Source: an uncultured Alphaproteobacteria bacterium (GTDB taxonomy: Bacteria; Pseudomonadota; Alphaproteobacteria; HIMB59; GCA-002718135). From it: a stretch of 64,000 bases of DNA. A program made the position numbers and the translations under genes. The notes beneath the pieces are model-generated. The model worked only from the letters and a program-made list of their open reading frames with translations. It was not told the DNA's origin and ran no database searches. The DNA lies in contig CACOIH010000001.1 in the NCBI GenBank assembly GCA_902627245.1, forward strand, positions 29,376-93,375, in the 5' to 3' direction. Positions 31,349 through 42,831 of the stretch are shown here, piece by piece (position 1 is the stretch's first letter; each line of letters starts with the position of its first letter).

Positions 31349-32059
31349 TCATTGAGCGCTAATTCTTAAGTTTTTAAGAGGTAAAATGACTGCGCTCGTA
31401 CTATTTTCTTTTAAATCAAAATTATATTTAGTATCATCTTTAATAGGATATATTAAGCAATGAGTGTTTCTAGAAATTAATTTATTGTTCAAAAGATTTA
31501 TAAAATTTATTACTCCTTTTTCACCTCCTTCAAAATCGTCTAAAATAAAAATTGTATCATCTGTAAGATAGCTTTTTAATAAATCATAATCATCACTATT
31601 GAGTCTCCCATCTAGATGTACAAAATCAACTTTTTCAAACTCGTTAATCTCTTTAAGCATTTCAAAACTTGTTTTTTTATGAAATTGATTTATTTTTGTT
31701 TTGCTTAAATTTGGAAATTTAATTTCATTTGATTCATCGCAGCAATATACTTCGCATTTATGTTCATTTAAATACAAGTCTGCAGCCAAAGACATACTAA
31801 ATGTTGATTTTCCAATAAATGAACCAATTTCAAAAATTACTTTTGGCTTAAAAAATAGAGTAAGTGAAAATAGCAACCAAGCGGTTGTAGATGAAACTGA
31901 TCCAGTATTATATGAGCTCTGAGATCTTAAACTTTCCAGACTGTCTATTTTTTCAAAAAATTCCTTTTCTATTATCTTTTTTTTTGAAAAAGAATTATCT
32001 AAAATTTTTTTCCAGAAAATTATACTTAAGTCATTAGAATTTATATTTACTAATTTCAT
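31349..32059 (-). CDS. Class I SAM-dependent methyltransferase (Methyltransf_24-like)
   Basis: FEIGSFIGKST, DFVHLDG, ILDDF. Confidence 0.8.
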   Translation of the reverse strand: MKLVNINSNDLSIIFWKKILDNSFSKKKIIEKEFFEKIDSLESLRSQSSYNTGSVSSTTAWLLFSLTLFFKPKVIFEIGSFIGKSTFSMSLAADLYLNEHKCEVYCCDESNEIKFPNLSKTKINQFHKKTSFEMLKEINEFEKVDFVHLDGRLNSDDYDLLKSYLTDDTIFILDDFEGGEKGVINFINLLNNKLISRNTHCLIYPIKDDTKYNFDLKENSTSAVILPLKNLRISAQ

Positions 32060-32153
32060 TATATATATGTGAGTTCACATAAAATCATAAATCTAGTACA
32101 TAATCAACAACTACATAGCTTAATTAAATTTATTAAATATTAATTCAATAATA

Positions 32154-32750
32154 TTATTTTTGAATTAATTTAATGTTAAAGCTGATTACAACTCTCTCTT
32201 CGTTAGAATTGTTTTGATTCACAGAATGATCTAAATAACTTGGAAATAGTATTAAGCCTCCCTCAACTGGTGTTATTGAATTAACCATTGCATTTAGCGT
32301 ATTAGAGTTTTTAGATATCGGGTGTGAATAAACGGGAGCAGGTCTTGGATCATAAAAAACAATCTCTCCACATTCTTTAGGAGCTCTGACGTAATAAGCA
32401 GCACTCAAGTCGCAATTTCCATGATGATGTCTTGCATTAGATGCACCGCCCATATTAATGATAGCCCACATATTAGATATTTTAACAGTTTGTTTTTCAA
32501 TATCCCAATTCATATCGTTAATTGCTTCATTAATTTTTGGGGAAATTTGATTTATAAAACTTATTGCTTCAACATCCTTCAAGTTAAAGTCTTTTGAATG
32601 CCATCCTTTAATATTACTTTTTACTATACCTGTTTTGTCTAAGTTTTTTAATTTTTGTATATAATTAAATATCTCTTCATTTGTTTCTTTATAATTATCA
32701 ATTTGTGAAGCCCAGACTGGAGTAGAGAAAAAAAGATTAGGATTACTCAT
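32154..32750 (-). CDS. 2OG-Fe(II) oxygenase-like protein (TIGR02466 type; probable start 32750)
   Basis: LFFSTPV, GWHS, NARHHH, LFPSYLDHSV, RVVISFN. Confidence 0.85.
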   Translation of the reverse strand: MSNPNLFFSTPVWASQIDNYKETNEEIFNYIQKLKNLDKTGIVKSNIKGWHSKDFNLKDVEAISFINQISPKINEAINDMNWDIEKQTVKISNMWAIINMGGASNARHHHGNCDLSAAYYVRAPKECGEIVFYDPRPAPVYSHPISKNSNTLNAMVNSITPVEGGLILFPSYLDHSVNQNNSNEERVVISFNIKLIQK

Positions 32751-32811
32751 AACTTTAAATTTATTAACAAAATATATCTTAAATGGTTTAAATAAATAAA
32801 AATTCATTAAA

Positions 32812-34455
32812 ATGGAAGAAAATATTAAAAATAAATATGACTTTAATATCACCGAAGGTATTAAAAGTGCCAATAAAAGAAATTTAAACAAATCAATAGA
32901 TTATTTTAAAAAAGCCATTTCTATTGATAATACGCGCTACGAAGCATTTATAAACTTATCTAATATTTATATCTTACAAAAAAATATTTTAAAAAGTAAA
33001 AATTTATTAATGAGTTTTTTAAAACAAAATAAATTTAATGAAAATTTTTATAATTATTCTAGTAAAATATTTTATAATTATAATTTTAATACTGAGCTAC
33101 TCTTTCTATTTAAGTTATCTAAATTACAATCAAATAAGTATGTATCAGAAAAAAAATATCTATTTTTTGTACAAGGTAATTTTTATGAAAGAGATAGTTT
33201 TTTTAAAGAAGCTAAGGAGTCTTTCTCTAAATCAATCAATTGTGACAAGAAATTTTTCGAAAGTTATACAAAGCTTATTAATTTATCCGAAAAAACAAAT
33301 GATTTAGTTTGTCTCAAATCAACAATATATAAGGGTTTGAGAAACTTTTATGCAGATAAAGATATTGCTATACTTAATTTATACAAAGCTATACTTTTAA
33401 ATAGAGAAAAAAAATTTGATGAATCGCAAAATCTAATAGCCAAAAATAAATTAAAATTATTATTAAAAGAAGATAATAAATTATTATTAAAGTTATTAGA
33501 TGTGGAATCAAAAAATTTAGAAAAATTATCTAAATTTAATAGTGCTTATAAAAAAGTAAAAGAAAAAAATGATATTATAATAAATTTAGAAGAAAATAAA
33601 AAATTTAATAATACAAATTTATCTAATACTATTAAAGTATATAAAAAATTCTATATAAAATCAAATATAAGACTTATTAATAAAAACAAAGAACAGTATG
33701 ATGACAAAAATTTAGTTTTCTTAGTGGGCTTCCCAAGGTCTGGCACAACTTTATTAGATACAATACTAAGAACACACTCTAGAATTAAAGTACTTGAAGA
33801 AAAACCTTTTATTTTAGATTTAAGACACAAATACTTTACGCAAAAAAATAACAATTTATCATCGCTATTAAGCATTTCAAAAAATGAAAAATTAAAAATT
33901 AGAAATGATTATTATAATAGCATCATCTCTAATCCAGGTGAAAATAATAAAATTATTATAGATAAATTCCCACTATCAATAATTGAGTTAGGGTTTATTA
34001 AATGTATTTTCCCTAATTCCAAAATTGTTTTAGCTATGAGACACCCTTGTGATGTAGTTACAAGTTGTTTCTTCAGTTCCTTCAAAATTAATGAAGCTAT
34101 GATAAAATTTCTAAGCTGGAAGAATGCTATTAACTTTTATAACGAGGTTTTTGATTTATTTGAGTTTTTTGAAAAACAATTAGAATTAAATTATTTGATG
34201 GTAAAGTATGAAAATGTAGTAAAAAATTTCAAAGTTGAAGTTAATTTATTAGTTAATTATTTAGGACTAAAGTATGAAAATAAGCTTGAGAAATATTATG
34301 ACACTGCAAAGAAAAGAAACAGAATTTCAACTCCTAGCTACAATCAGGTTATAAATCCTATTTATAATACATCAATAGGTCGTTGGAAAAACTACACTGA
34401 GGCTAAAAAATCTATAAAAGACCTTGATAGGTGGATCAAAAAATTTAGTTATTAG
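32812..34455 (+). CDS. TPR-repeat sulfotransferase
   Basis: N-terminal TPRs; VGFPRSGTTL (5'-PSB), IDKFP, RHPCDVVTS (3'-PB), TPSYNQV..PIY. Confidence 0.9.
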   Translation: MEENIKNKYDFNITEGIKSANKRNLNKSIDYFKKAISIDNTRYEAFINLSNIYILQKNILKSKNLLMSFLKQNKFNENFYNYSSKIFYNYNFNTELLFLFKLSKLQSNKYVSEKKYLFFVQGNFYERDSFFKEAKESFSKSINCDKKFFESYTKLINLSEKTNDLVCLKSTIYKGLRNFYADKDIAILNLYKAILLNREKKFDESQNLIAKNKLKLLLKEDNKLLLKLLDVESKNLEKLSKFNSAYKKVKEKNDIIINLEENKKFNNTNLSNTIKVYKKFYIKSNIRLINKNKEQYDDKNLVFLVGFPRSGTTLLDTILRTHSRIKVLEEKPFILDLRHKYFTQKNNNLSSLLSISKNEKLKIRNDYYNSIISNPGENNKIIIDKFPLSIIELGFIKCIFPNSKIVLAMRHPCDVVTSCFFSSFKINEAMIKFLSWKNAINFYNEVFDLFEFFEKQLELNYLMVKYENVVKNFKVEVNLLVNYLGLKYENKLEKYYDTAKKRNRISTPSYNQVINPIYNTSIGRWKNYTEAKKSIKDLDRWIKKFSY

Positions 34456-34596
34456 ATTTTTTTAAATATTTATTAATTAACTTAATTGTATTTAATATCC
34501 TTAAATGGTGTTTACTAAAATTTTTTCTACCACTTTTTATGTTTGGGTAAGATTTAATTAAATCAATAAGATATTTAGGAATTTTTGTTTTATCGC

Positions 34597-36090
34597 TCAA
34601 TGCTTGAACAATCTGTTTTTAGTAAAATACAATGACATTTTATTTTTATCTGCATATTTAATATTTTCATTATCACGAACAGATCCTGATGGAGTAGCAA
34701 TTATATTGCATCCATAATTATTGAGCTTCTTTAAACTATCAGTAAATGGAAAAAAACCATCGGAAACACAGACTGTCCTATCAGTATCAAGATTCTCTCT
34801 TGATTTATTTAATGCATATTTTAATGCATCAATTCTATTTGTCTGCCCGCACCCAATACCGATTGTCTGTTCATTTTTTGCAATTACTATAGCATTAGAT
34901 TTTAAATGTTTTACAACTTTTAAACCAAAAATAATGTCATCAATTGATTTTTTTGAAGCACTTTTAGTAGACATTAATTTTAATATTTGTTTATTTAATT
35001 TTTCTGTGTCACTTTCTTGATAAATTGTTCCAAACATACTTGATTTGAACTCTATTTTTTTTGTCTTTATATTACTTATTTCCAATAAAATTAATTTCTT
35101 TTTTTTAGACAAAATTTCTCGACCTTCTTTATAAAAGCTTGGAGCTACTATTACTTCAAAAAAATTTTTCGAAAGTATTAATGCTAATTTTTTATTAATT
35201 TTTCTGTTTAGTAAAACAATTCCACCATAAGCACTTTTACTGTCACTTTGATAAGCTTTAGTAAACGCAGACTCAATATTTTTAGAAGATGCTACACCGC
35301 AAGGATTATTATGTTTAATAATTGCACATGTTGGTTTATTGAACTCATTTAGACACTTCATTCCATTATCTATATCAATTATATTGTTATAACTTATTTC
35401 TTTACCATTAATCTGAAATTCAAATATTGATTTCTGGTTATCATTTATAATAAATGATTTCTGATTAGGGTTTTCACCATACCTAAGCTTTTTTTTAATT
35501 ATTGTTTTTTTATCATTTTTTAACCATTTTGATATTAACGCATCATATTCTGATGTTTTTTTAAATGCTTTTGATGCCATTCTTTTTCTAAAATTCAAAT
35601 CAGTTTTTCCAATATTTTTATCTAGATTTTTTATTAGTTTCTCATAATCTCTAATATCCGAAATCGTTGTTACATCATTATAATTTTTACCAGAGGCTCT
35701 CAATAAAGATATTCCACCAATATCTATCATTTCAAGAATATTTTCATCCGTACTCCTATTAAGTAATTGTTCAAAAGGATATAAGTCAACGACAACTAAA
35801 CTTATACTTGGTATTTTTAATTTTTTAAATTCTTCAAAGTGTTTCTCATTATCTCTTTTATAAAGAATAGATCCATAAATTCTTTGATCCAAAGTTTTAA
35901 CTCTTCCATCAAGTATTGGTTTAAATTTTGTTATCTCTGAAACATCATCACAATTGAAACCTAATGATTTAATTTTTTTAGATGTCGTACTTGTTGAAAT
36001 AAATTTAAAATTTTTTCTACTTAAATTTTTACAAAGATATCCAAGCTTATCTTTATTATATACAGATACTAATGCATACTTTTTCATCAT
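34597..36090 (-). CDS. purH: Bifunctional AICAR formyltransferase/IMP cyclohydrolase
   Basis: GRVKTL, IDIGG, LRYGENPNQ, SYNN, KHNNPCG, SDGFFPF, terminal FKH. Confidence 0.97.
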   Translation of the reverse strand: MMKKYALVSVYNKDKLGYLCKNLSRKNFKFISTSTTSKKIKSLGFNCDDVSEITKFKPILDGRVKTLDQRIYGSILYKRDNEKHFEEFKKLKIPSISLVVVDLYPFEQLLNRSTDENILEMIDIGGISLLRASGKNYNDVTTISDIRDYEKLIKNLDKNIGKTDLNFRKRMASKAFKKTSEYDALISKWLKNDKKTIIKKKLRYGENPNQKSFIINDNQKSIFEFQINGKEISYNNIIDIDNGMKCLNEFNKPTCAIIKHNNPCGVASSKNIESAFTKAYQSDSKSAYGGIVLLNRKINKKLALILSKNFFEVIVAPSFYKEGREILSKKKKLILLEISNIKTKKIEFKSSMFGTIYQESDTEKLNKQILKLMSTKSASKKSIDDIIFGLKVVKHLKSNAIVIAKNEQTIGIGCGQTNRIDALKYALNKSRENLDTDRTVCVSDGFFPFTDSLKKLNNYGCNIIATPSGSVRDNENIKYADKNKMSLYFTKNRLFKH

Positions 36091-37619
36091 ATTTTCTCTA
36101 ATGACCACTTTTTAATTTGTTTTTTATTTGAAGTTATGCCTTTGATTACTATTTGTTTTGTTGGAATTGTCATATTATTATCAACAAATATACTATCTTC
36201 AACTATTAGTTCAGTATCAGATTTAAATAACCATATAGCATTGGTTTTCGATCTAAGAATTATATTTTTTTTATTGTTAGTAAAATTATATGCAAATCCA
36301 GGAACTAAATGAAACCTAATATGATAAATAGTTCTATTTTTATTTTCTTTAACTGATAAAATTGTATCTTCACATAATATTTTATTAGTATCAGACTTAA
36401 TCTCTAAACTTCTTTTAATAATTTTGCCAAACTTCTTTAAATAACCATTATGTGAACCAGTTAATATTACATTATTATTTTTGTAATTTTTTTCAAATGT
36501 TACGGATTGTGGAAACTTAATATGAGGATTATTTTCTTTAATCTCACTTATATTTGTATTTTGTAGTATTATTGTACTATGAGCTGCGCTATATCTAAGA
36601 TATTCTGGATTTTTGCCAGTATTTTCTGAAGCGCCACAATTCGTTATTATTTTTTCTCCAATAGAACTAAACTCAAAAGAAAGTGTTCCAGCACTTAAGG
36701 TGTTTGATATTTTATTTTTATTTGGTTGTATTACATCAAAAAATAATTTCTTATTTTTATCTGAGTAAAATGCTAAGCCATTTTCAACATTTGTAAAACT
36801 CCGCGATTTCAAATATTCTTCTTTATTCAAAGAATCGTAAATTATTTTTGTATAATTATTATTTGAACCGTTAAAAAGAGGAATTGAACCATCAACATGA
36901 AAATATTCGTTCAAAATTGAAGTCATTTTTATTAACTTATTTTCAATCTTGTCAGATATAAATCTATTAAAATATAAAAAGATATTTTTTAACTCATGTA
37001 AATTATTCAAGTACTTTGCGTGTTCAAGAATATTGTAACTTTTGTGCATTCCTAGACTATCTATATGATTTTCAATAACCAAGTTTATAAAATCAACATA
37101 GTTATTGTCATTTTTTTTTAAAATGAAACGAGACAATGTGTTCGCAATTAGATCATACGATGTAATTTCATTTATTTTTTTATATCTAAATTCAAACATA
37201 ACTCTTTGTATATGAACAATTATGATTTTTCTTATAAGTTTGTTTTCTTTTTCAGTTGTTGAGGAATTAATAAATTCAAAATTGTAAATTATGTTTATTA
37301 ATCTTTTAGAATGATTATCGTCAATCCATGGATATCCAATTTTATATTTGTATAAATTATACCAATCAATTATGGTATTTTTGGACAAATTAATTCCTAT
37401 TTTGCCACCCAAATTTTTTGAAAAATTTAAAAAATCAAAAGTTTGTACATATTGGTTATTAAGTTTGTAAAAGTTTTTTTTAAAAATGAATCTTTTAATT
37501 TGTCTATAGTTTGTAAAATCAAGTCTTTTAAAATTTAAATCATTAAATACTATATTTGGATTAATTTTGACCAATCTTTGAAAAATATAAACAAATATGA
37601 GTTTTCTAACTAATAACAT
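36087..37619 (-). CDS. Heparinase II/III family protein
   Basis: LFNG, LSFEF...IITNCG, RYSAAHST, HNGY, IRFHL; conserved slot between sun and purH. Confidence 0.85.
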   Translation of the reverse strand: MLLVRKLIFVYIFQRLVKINPNIVFNDLNFKRLDFTNYRQIKRFIFKKNFYKLNNQYVQTFDFLNFSKNLGGKIGINLSKNTIIDWYNLYKYKIGYPWIDDNHSKRLINIIYNFEFINSSTTEKENKLIRKIIIVHIQRVMFEFRYKKINEITSYDLIANTLSRFILKKNDNNYVDFINLVIENHIDSLGMHKSYNILEHAKYLNNLHELKNIFLYFNRFISDKIENKLIKMTSILNEYFHVDGSIPLFNGSNNNYTKIIYDSLNKEEYLKSRSFTNVENGLAFYSDKNKKLFFDVIQPNKNKISNTLSAGTLSFEFSSIGEKIITNCGASENTGKNPEYLRYSAAHSTIILQNTNISEIKENNPHIKFPQSVTFEKNYKNNNVILTGSHNGYLKKFGKIIKRSLEIKSDTNKILCEDTILSVKENKNRTIYHIRFHLVPGFAYNFTNNKKNIILRSKTNAIWLFKSDTELIVEDSIFVDNNMTIPTKQIVIKGITSNKKQIKKWSLEKI

Positions 37620-38888
37620 TTATTTTACTTTTTTTAGATAAGCTCCAAAAAAACCATCGACATTAAACTTTTCAATTTTGTTTGGTAGAGTGAGCATAAA
37701 GTTTTTTTTAATATAAATATCACTGTGTATTTCTTCCTTTTTTATATAAAATTTAATCAAATTAAAATCGCTATTTCTAATTAAAAAATTTTCAATTTGG
37801 TCAATAGTTTCTGATTTAAAAAAGGAACAAACCATGTAGAGAATTATACCATTAGTATTTAAAATCTTTGATGATTTGTTTAGTAAATCAGATTGAATAT
37901 CTGTTAAATTTTTTAAGTCAGGAGATCTTTCTTTGAAAAAAATTTCAGGATTTTTTCTTATAGTTCCTATTGATGAGCAAGGGGCATCAACTATTATAAA
38001 ATCGTATTTATCTTTATTATTAAGATCTTTAAAATTGAAATTTAAAATAATTGGATCAAAATTAAGCCGGCCTAAGTTTTTTTTTAATAAATCAATTCTT
38101 TTTTTACTTTTGTCATTTAGAACTAAGTTTTTTTTCTTTGAAAGGATTTGAAATGATTTACCACCTGGTGCAGCACATATATCTAAGCATTTTTTGCTAA
38201 TTATTTTTTCATCAATATTATTAAGAGGAAAAAACGAACTAAAATCTTGTATCCACCAACTTCCTTTTTTGTATGATTTTATATCACTTATCTTTTCTGA
38301 TTTTATTAAAAATCCAGATACACTTGATGTTTTAAATAATTTATTCTCAAATTTATTGAGGGCTTCATTATCCTTGAATACTAAATGCAAACTTGGTTCA
38401 TCATGAAAAGTATTTAGAAATGAAATTTTATCTTCTTTTGAAAATCCTGCTGTTTTTTCTCTAAACCAATTAGGAAGATCAAAAAAACTTATCTTAGTTT
38501 TCTTTAATTTTAATTTATCTAAGCATATATTTTTTAGGATTGCGTTTACAAAACCATGGTAAATTTTTAATTTTTTTGCCAATTCAACAGTCGAATTAAT
38601 TACCGCATATTCTTTAAAATCTAAATAAACAATCTGTGTGATTGCGGAATATAATAATATCTCTTCACGTAACTTTGGTTTTTTTTTTACATATTTAGTT
38701 AAAATTTTTTTAGAGAAAAAAAAATATCTCATAGTGTTTAAACAAACATTATTTATAAACGCTATATCTCTTTGATTGTACTCCGCAACTTTATAATGCT
38801 TAAACAATATGTCTGTAGTTTTATTATATTTTCTAATATTATATAAAATGTTGTGAATTATGAATCTTAACTTAATACCTTTTTCCAT
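37620..38888 (-). CDS. rsmB: RsmB/Sun RNA m5C methyltransferase
   Basis: NusB-like N-terminus, DICAAPGGK, DAPCS..GT, YMVCS. Confidence 0.9.
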   Translation of the reverse strand: MEKGIKLRFIIHNILYNIRKYNKTTDILFKHYKVAEYNQRDIAFINNVCLNTMRYFFFSKKILTKYVKKKPKLREEILLYSAITQIVYLDFKEYAVINSTVELAKKLKIYHGFVNAILKNICLDKLKLKKTKISFFDLPNWFREKTAGFSKEDKISFLNTFHDEPSLHLVFKDNEALNKFENKLFKTSSVSGFLIKSEKISDIKSYKKGSWWIQDFSSFFPLNNIDEKIISKKCLDICAAPGGKSFQILSKKKNLVLNDKSKKRIDLLKKNLGRLNFDPIILNFNFKDLNNKDKYDFIIVDAPCSSIGTIRKNPEIFFKERSPDLKNLTDIQSDLLNKSSKILNTNGIILYMVCSFFKSETIDQIENFLIRNSDFNLIKFYIKKEEIHSDIYIKKNFMLTLPNKIEKFNVDGFFGAYLKKVK

Positions 38889-38959
38889 AAATTTAATAAT
38901 CTATTTATTACTTTTAATATAAAATGTATTATATTTAACCTGTAAATTATAGTTATTAT

Positions 38960-39511
38960 ATGAGAGGTAATTTAGAGACAATAGTTGGAGCAATGTTTGC
39001 TGGAAAAACTAGTGAATTATTAAAGAGAATACTTTGGGCAAAACATCAAAATAAAAAAATAATTGTCATTAAGCCTAGTATAGATGATAGATATTCAAAT
39101 CAAAAAATTATAACTCATAATGATTTAAGTCATGATTGTTACTCAATGATTGATTGGGGCAAAGCTTTAAAAAATTTTAAATTTGAAAAAAAATATGTTG
39201 ATGTAGTGTTTTTAGATGAAATTCAATTTATGGATACTAAAGATACATTAAACAACGTCGAAAAAATACTTAACAGTGGAATAGATGTAGTTTGTGCAGG
39301 ACTAGACCAAGATTCAAGAGGTAAGCCGTGGGAAACATCATCCATGTTGTTAGGATTGTCTGATAAAATTTTAAAAATATATGGTTTTTGCAATGTATGT
39401 GGTGTTGAAGCAACTAAAACCTATAGAAAAACCGAAGGTGGTGAAAGAACTCAGGTAGGTGCAGCTAACATATATGAGCCAAGATGTTTAAAACATTGGC
39501 AACCAAGATAA
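38960..39511 (+). CDS. tdk: Thymidine kinase
   Basis: GAMFAGKT, DEIQF, AGLD, CNVC...YEPRCLKH. Confidence 0.95.
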   Translation: MRGNLETIVGAMFAGKTSELLKRILWAKHQNKKIIVIKPSIDDRYSNQKIITHNDLSHDCYSMIDWGKALKNFKFEKKYVDVVFLDEIQFMDTKDTLNNVEKILNSGIDVVCAGLDQDSRGKPWETSSMLLGLSDKILKIYGFCNVCGVEATKTYRKTEGGERTQVGAANIYEPRCLKHWQPR

Positions 39512-41434
39512 TTATTTATTCTTTCTGTTGTTTACTAAATCATCAACAACAGTTGGATCAGCAAGAGTGGAAGTGTCACCAAGATTATTAAAGTCATTAG
39601 ATGCAATCTTTCTTAATATTCTTCTCATAATTTTACCCGAACGTGTTTTTGGCAATCCTGAAGTAATGTGTATGAAGTCGGGTGTTGCTATTGGTCCAAT
39701 TTTTTCTCTTATAGTTTTTTTTAATTCATCAACAAGCGAGTTCGATGTAACTTCTCCAGAATTAAGTGATACATAACAATAAAGACCATTTCCCTTAATA
39801 TCATGTGGATATCCGACTACTGCTGCTTCAGCTACCTTAGGGTGCGAAACGAAAGCACTTTCTATTTCTGCAGTACCTAAATTATGACCAGAAACTATTA
39901 TTACATCATCAACTCTCCCAGTTATCCAATAATAACCATCGGCATCTCTACGACATCCATCGCCAGTAAAATATTTTCCATTAAATTGAGAAAAGTATGT
40001 CTTAATAAAGCGATCGTGGTCTCCATAGACGGTTCTCATTTGACCAGGCCAAGATTTTTTTATACATAGCATACCTTCACACTCTCCTTCTAGCTCATTT
40101 CCTTCTTTATCTACAATACAAGGTTCAATCCCAAAGAAAGGCTTAGATGCAGATCCAGCTTTTAATTCTATAGCTCCTGTTTGTGGTGAAATTAATATAC
40201 CACCAGTTTCAGTTTGCCACCATGTATCCACAATTGGACATTTAGATTTTCCAGGAATTTCAAAATACCATTTCCAAGCTTCAGGATTAATAGGTTCTCC
40301 AACAGTACCAAGTAACTTTAAAGATGATCTATCAGTTTTATTAACATATTCGTTTCCTTCACGCATTAATGCTCTTATAGCAGTAGGCGCAGTATAAAAT
40401 ATATTAACTTTATGCTTATCAATAATTTCCCAAAATCTTGAAAAATTTGGATAGTTTGGTACTCCTTCAAACATTAGAGTGGTTGCAGCATTAGAAAGAG
40501 GACCATAAATTATGTAACTGTGTCCAGTAATCCAACCAATATCAGCCGTGCACCAATATATATCTCCACTGTTATAATTAAAGATATACTCATGAGTGAT
40601 TGAAGTATAAACAAGATAACCACCAGATGTGTGCATAACACCTTTGGGCTTACCTGTAGAACCTGATGTATATAAAATAAATAATGGGTCTTCAGCATCA
40701 ACAATCTCTGGTTCACAGAAATCTTCAGCCTCACTGGTTAATTGATCTAAATAAACATCTCTTCCTTTTACTAAATTTATTTCTTTCTCAGTCCTTTTTA
40801 CAATTATACAACATTGCACATCCGGACATTTTTCTAGTGCTCTGTCTGTTGTTTCTTTTAGTGGAATTGTTTTTCCACCTCTAATTCCTTCATTTGCAGT
40901 AACTACAAATTTTGAATTACAATCTAATATTCTTCCTGAAATAGACTCTGCTGAAAAACCACCGAAAATAATAGAATGCACCGCGCCAATTCTTGCACAA
41001 GCTAACATAACATATGCTAGTTCTGGTATCATCGTGAGATATATTGTTACTCTATCACCTTTTTTAACTCCAACTTTTTTAAGCGCATTTGCAGTTTTAC
41101 AAACATGTAAAAGTAATTCTTTGTAAGTAATTTTTTTGGTATCTTTTGGATCATCCCCTTCCCAAATTATTGCAATTTTGTCAGGATGATTTTTTGCATG
41201 TCTATCAACACAATTGTAAGAAACATTTAGTTGACCATCTTCAAACCAATTAATTAAAACATCTTTATTAGAGTATTTTATTTCTTTTACTTTTGTAAAT
41301 TTTTTATACCAATCTATCCTATCAGCTTGTTTTTCCCAAAAAGTGTTATTATTATCAATTGAGTCTTTATACATAGATGCATATTCTTCACTATTAATTT
41401 TGGCTTGCGCGATCCACGTTTTATTAATTTTCAT
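39512..41434 (-). CDS. acs: Acetyl-CoA synthetase
   Basis: [32 protein letters not shown]. Confidence 0.98.
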   Translation of the reverse strand: MKINKTWIAQAKINSEEYASMYKDSIDNNNTFWEKQADRIDWYKKFTKVKEIKYSNKDVLINWFEDGQLNVSYNCVDRHAKNHPDKIAIIWEGDDPKDTKKITYKELLLHVCKTANALKKVGVKKGDRVTIYLTMIPELAYVMLACARIGAVHSIIFGGFSAESISGRILDCNSKFVVTANEGIRGGKTIPLKETTDRALEKCPDVQCCIIVKRTEKEINLVKGRDVYLDQLTSEAEDFCEPEIVDAEDPLFILYTSGSTGKPKGVMHTSGGYLVYTSITHEYIFNYNSGDIYWCTADIGWITGHSYIIYGPLSNAATTLMFEGVPNYPNFSRFWEIIDKHKVNIFYTAPTAIRALMREGNEYVNKTDRSSLKLLGTVGEPINPEAWKWYFEIPGKSKCPIVDTWWQTETGGILISPQTGAIELKAGSASKPFFGIEPCIVDKEGNELEGECEGMLCIKKSWPGQMRTVYGDHDRFIKTYFSQFNGKYFTGDGCRRDADGYYWITGRVDDVIIVSGHNLGTAEIESAFVSHPKVAEAAVVGYPHDIKGNGLYCYVSLNSGEVTSNSLVDELKKTIREKIGPIATPDFIHITSGLPKTRSGKIMRRILRKIASNDFNNLGDTSTLADPTVVDDLVNNRKNK

Positions 41435-41459
41435 ATAAATTAGATTAATTGTTTAATAA

Positions 41460-42359
41460 TTAAATTTCAACTGCTAATTTATATTGAAATTTTTTCATTA
41501 TACTTCCAAACTTCTTTTCTATTTTAGATATTTGATCTTTTGTTAATATTTCTTTCCACTGCTCTTTTTTACCAGATGAAAAAAAAACATTATTACCTGT
41601 ACTTTCTAAAAAACCTTTTTCTTCCTCTTCTTTTTTTAATTTAAAGAAGTCAGTAGTATCTAAAATATTATTTATTTTATCTTCTACATTTTCAAATTTA
41701 AAATTGTAATTTGTAATAAAAAAGAAAATAATTTCCTTAATCATTTCTTTTTTATTAGATATTAAATCCTCAAATCTTATAATTTTTATTGGAATTTCCC
41801 AATTAATTGATGTCCATGATAAAACATGTTTTTCCCAACTGCTAAGAAAAGACATAGGTCTATTTTCACTCCTAAAAATTTCTTCTTTTGGCTCTACCCA
41901 TTCTGAGCTTGCTAAATCATTTGTCATATTATCGATGCATTTATCTATAGATAAGTTTAAGTGTTTACTCCAAGAAATACAAACATCACGTGGATCCCTA
42001 ATGACATATATTAGTCCTTGTGAGTTTTCTTTTTTTGTAAAAGAATTTCCACCAATTTCAAACAATCCACTATGAGTCTTCAAAAAAGTGAAATCTTTAT
42101 CTATGCCTAACGCCTCTTTTGTTTGAAGTTTTGTGATATGTTTATAAAAAACTGGTGAATTTTTTAAATTAAGATAATCGTCACCAAATAACTTTTTATT
42201 TTTTTTAATCCTATCTGTTCTCTCAAATTGATTAATGTTAGATAATTTACTTAATGAAAATATCCCATCTTTTGTAAAAAAAATAGAAGACAAAATACCT
42301 CTAACCAAAGTATTCCCACTTTTTGGATAAGATGCGATCCAAAAAATATTTTTGTTCAT
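41460..42359 (-). CDS. Sulfotransferase (Sulfotransfer_1/SULT type)
   Basis: ASYPKSGNT, KTH, RDPRDVCIS, RFEDL. Confidence 0.9.
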   Translation of the reverse strand: MNKNIFWIASYPKSGNTLVRGILSSIFFTKDGIFSLSKLSNINQFERTDRIKKNKKLFGDDYLNLKNSPVFYKHITKLQTKEALGIDKDFTFLKTHSGLFEIGGNSFTKKENSQGLIYVIRDPRDVCISWSKHLNLSIDKCIDNMTNDLASSEWVEPKEEIFRSENRPMSFLSSWEKHVLSWTSINWEIPIKIIRFEDLISNKKEMIKEIIFFFITNYNFKFENVEDKINNILDTTDFFKLKKEEEEKGFLESTGNNVFFSSGKKEQWKEILTKDQISKIEKKFGSIMKKFQYKLAVEI

Positions 42360-42363
42360 CTTC

Positions 42364-42780
42364 TTACAATGTTAAGGAAATATGTAATATTTTATTCCAC
42401 TCTATTTTATTTACTGGCATAACTGATAATCTACTCTGCTTAATTAAAGCTATATCTTTTAATTTTTTTTCTTTTTTAATCTGTTCCAAGGTAACAGGAT
42501 TAGCTAGTTTTTTTTTAGCTTTTACATCAACTACTACAAATTTACCTGTTTTATCTGTTGGGTCAGGATAAAACTCCCTTACTACTTCAACAATGCCAAC
42601 GATAGATTTTTCTTTAACTGAATGATAAAAAAAGCACATATCACCCTTTTTCATTTTCATTAAATTATTTCGAGCTTGATAATTTCTGACACCATCCCAC
42701 ATTGAGGGGCCTTCTTTAACTTGATTTTCCCATGACCAAGCATCCGGTTCAGATTTTAAAAGCCAGAAATTATTTTTCAC
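42364..42780 (-). CDS. EVE domain protein
   Basis: WLLKSEP, WDGVRNYQARN, FFYHS, RLSVMPV. Confidence 0.95.
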   Translation of the reverse strand: MKNNFWLLKSEPDAWSWENQVKEGPSMWDGVRNYQARNNLMKMKKGDMCFFYHSVKEKSIVGIVEVVREFYPDPTDKTGKFVVVDVKAKKKLANPVTLEQIKKEKKLKDIALIKQSRLSVMPVNKIEWNKILHISLTL

Positions 42781-42831
42781 AATAATAAGTTATCATTTTT
42801 TTTATGTAATTATTAACACATAAAACATAAA

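Noticed and set aside
30129-34596. Integrative element at tRNA-Gly
   Set aside because: No integrase and no duplicated tRNA 3' end seen; kept only as a variable islet.
36087-37619. Heparinase II/III as partner of the sulfotransferases in a sulfated-glycan system
   Set aside because: It occupies its usual conserved slot between sun and purH; no specific link is visible.
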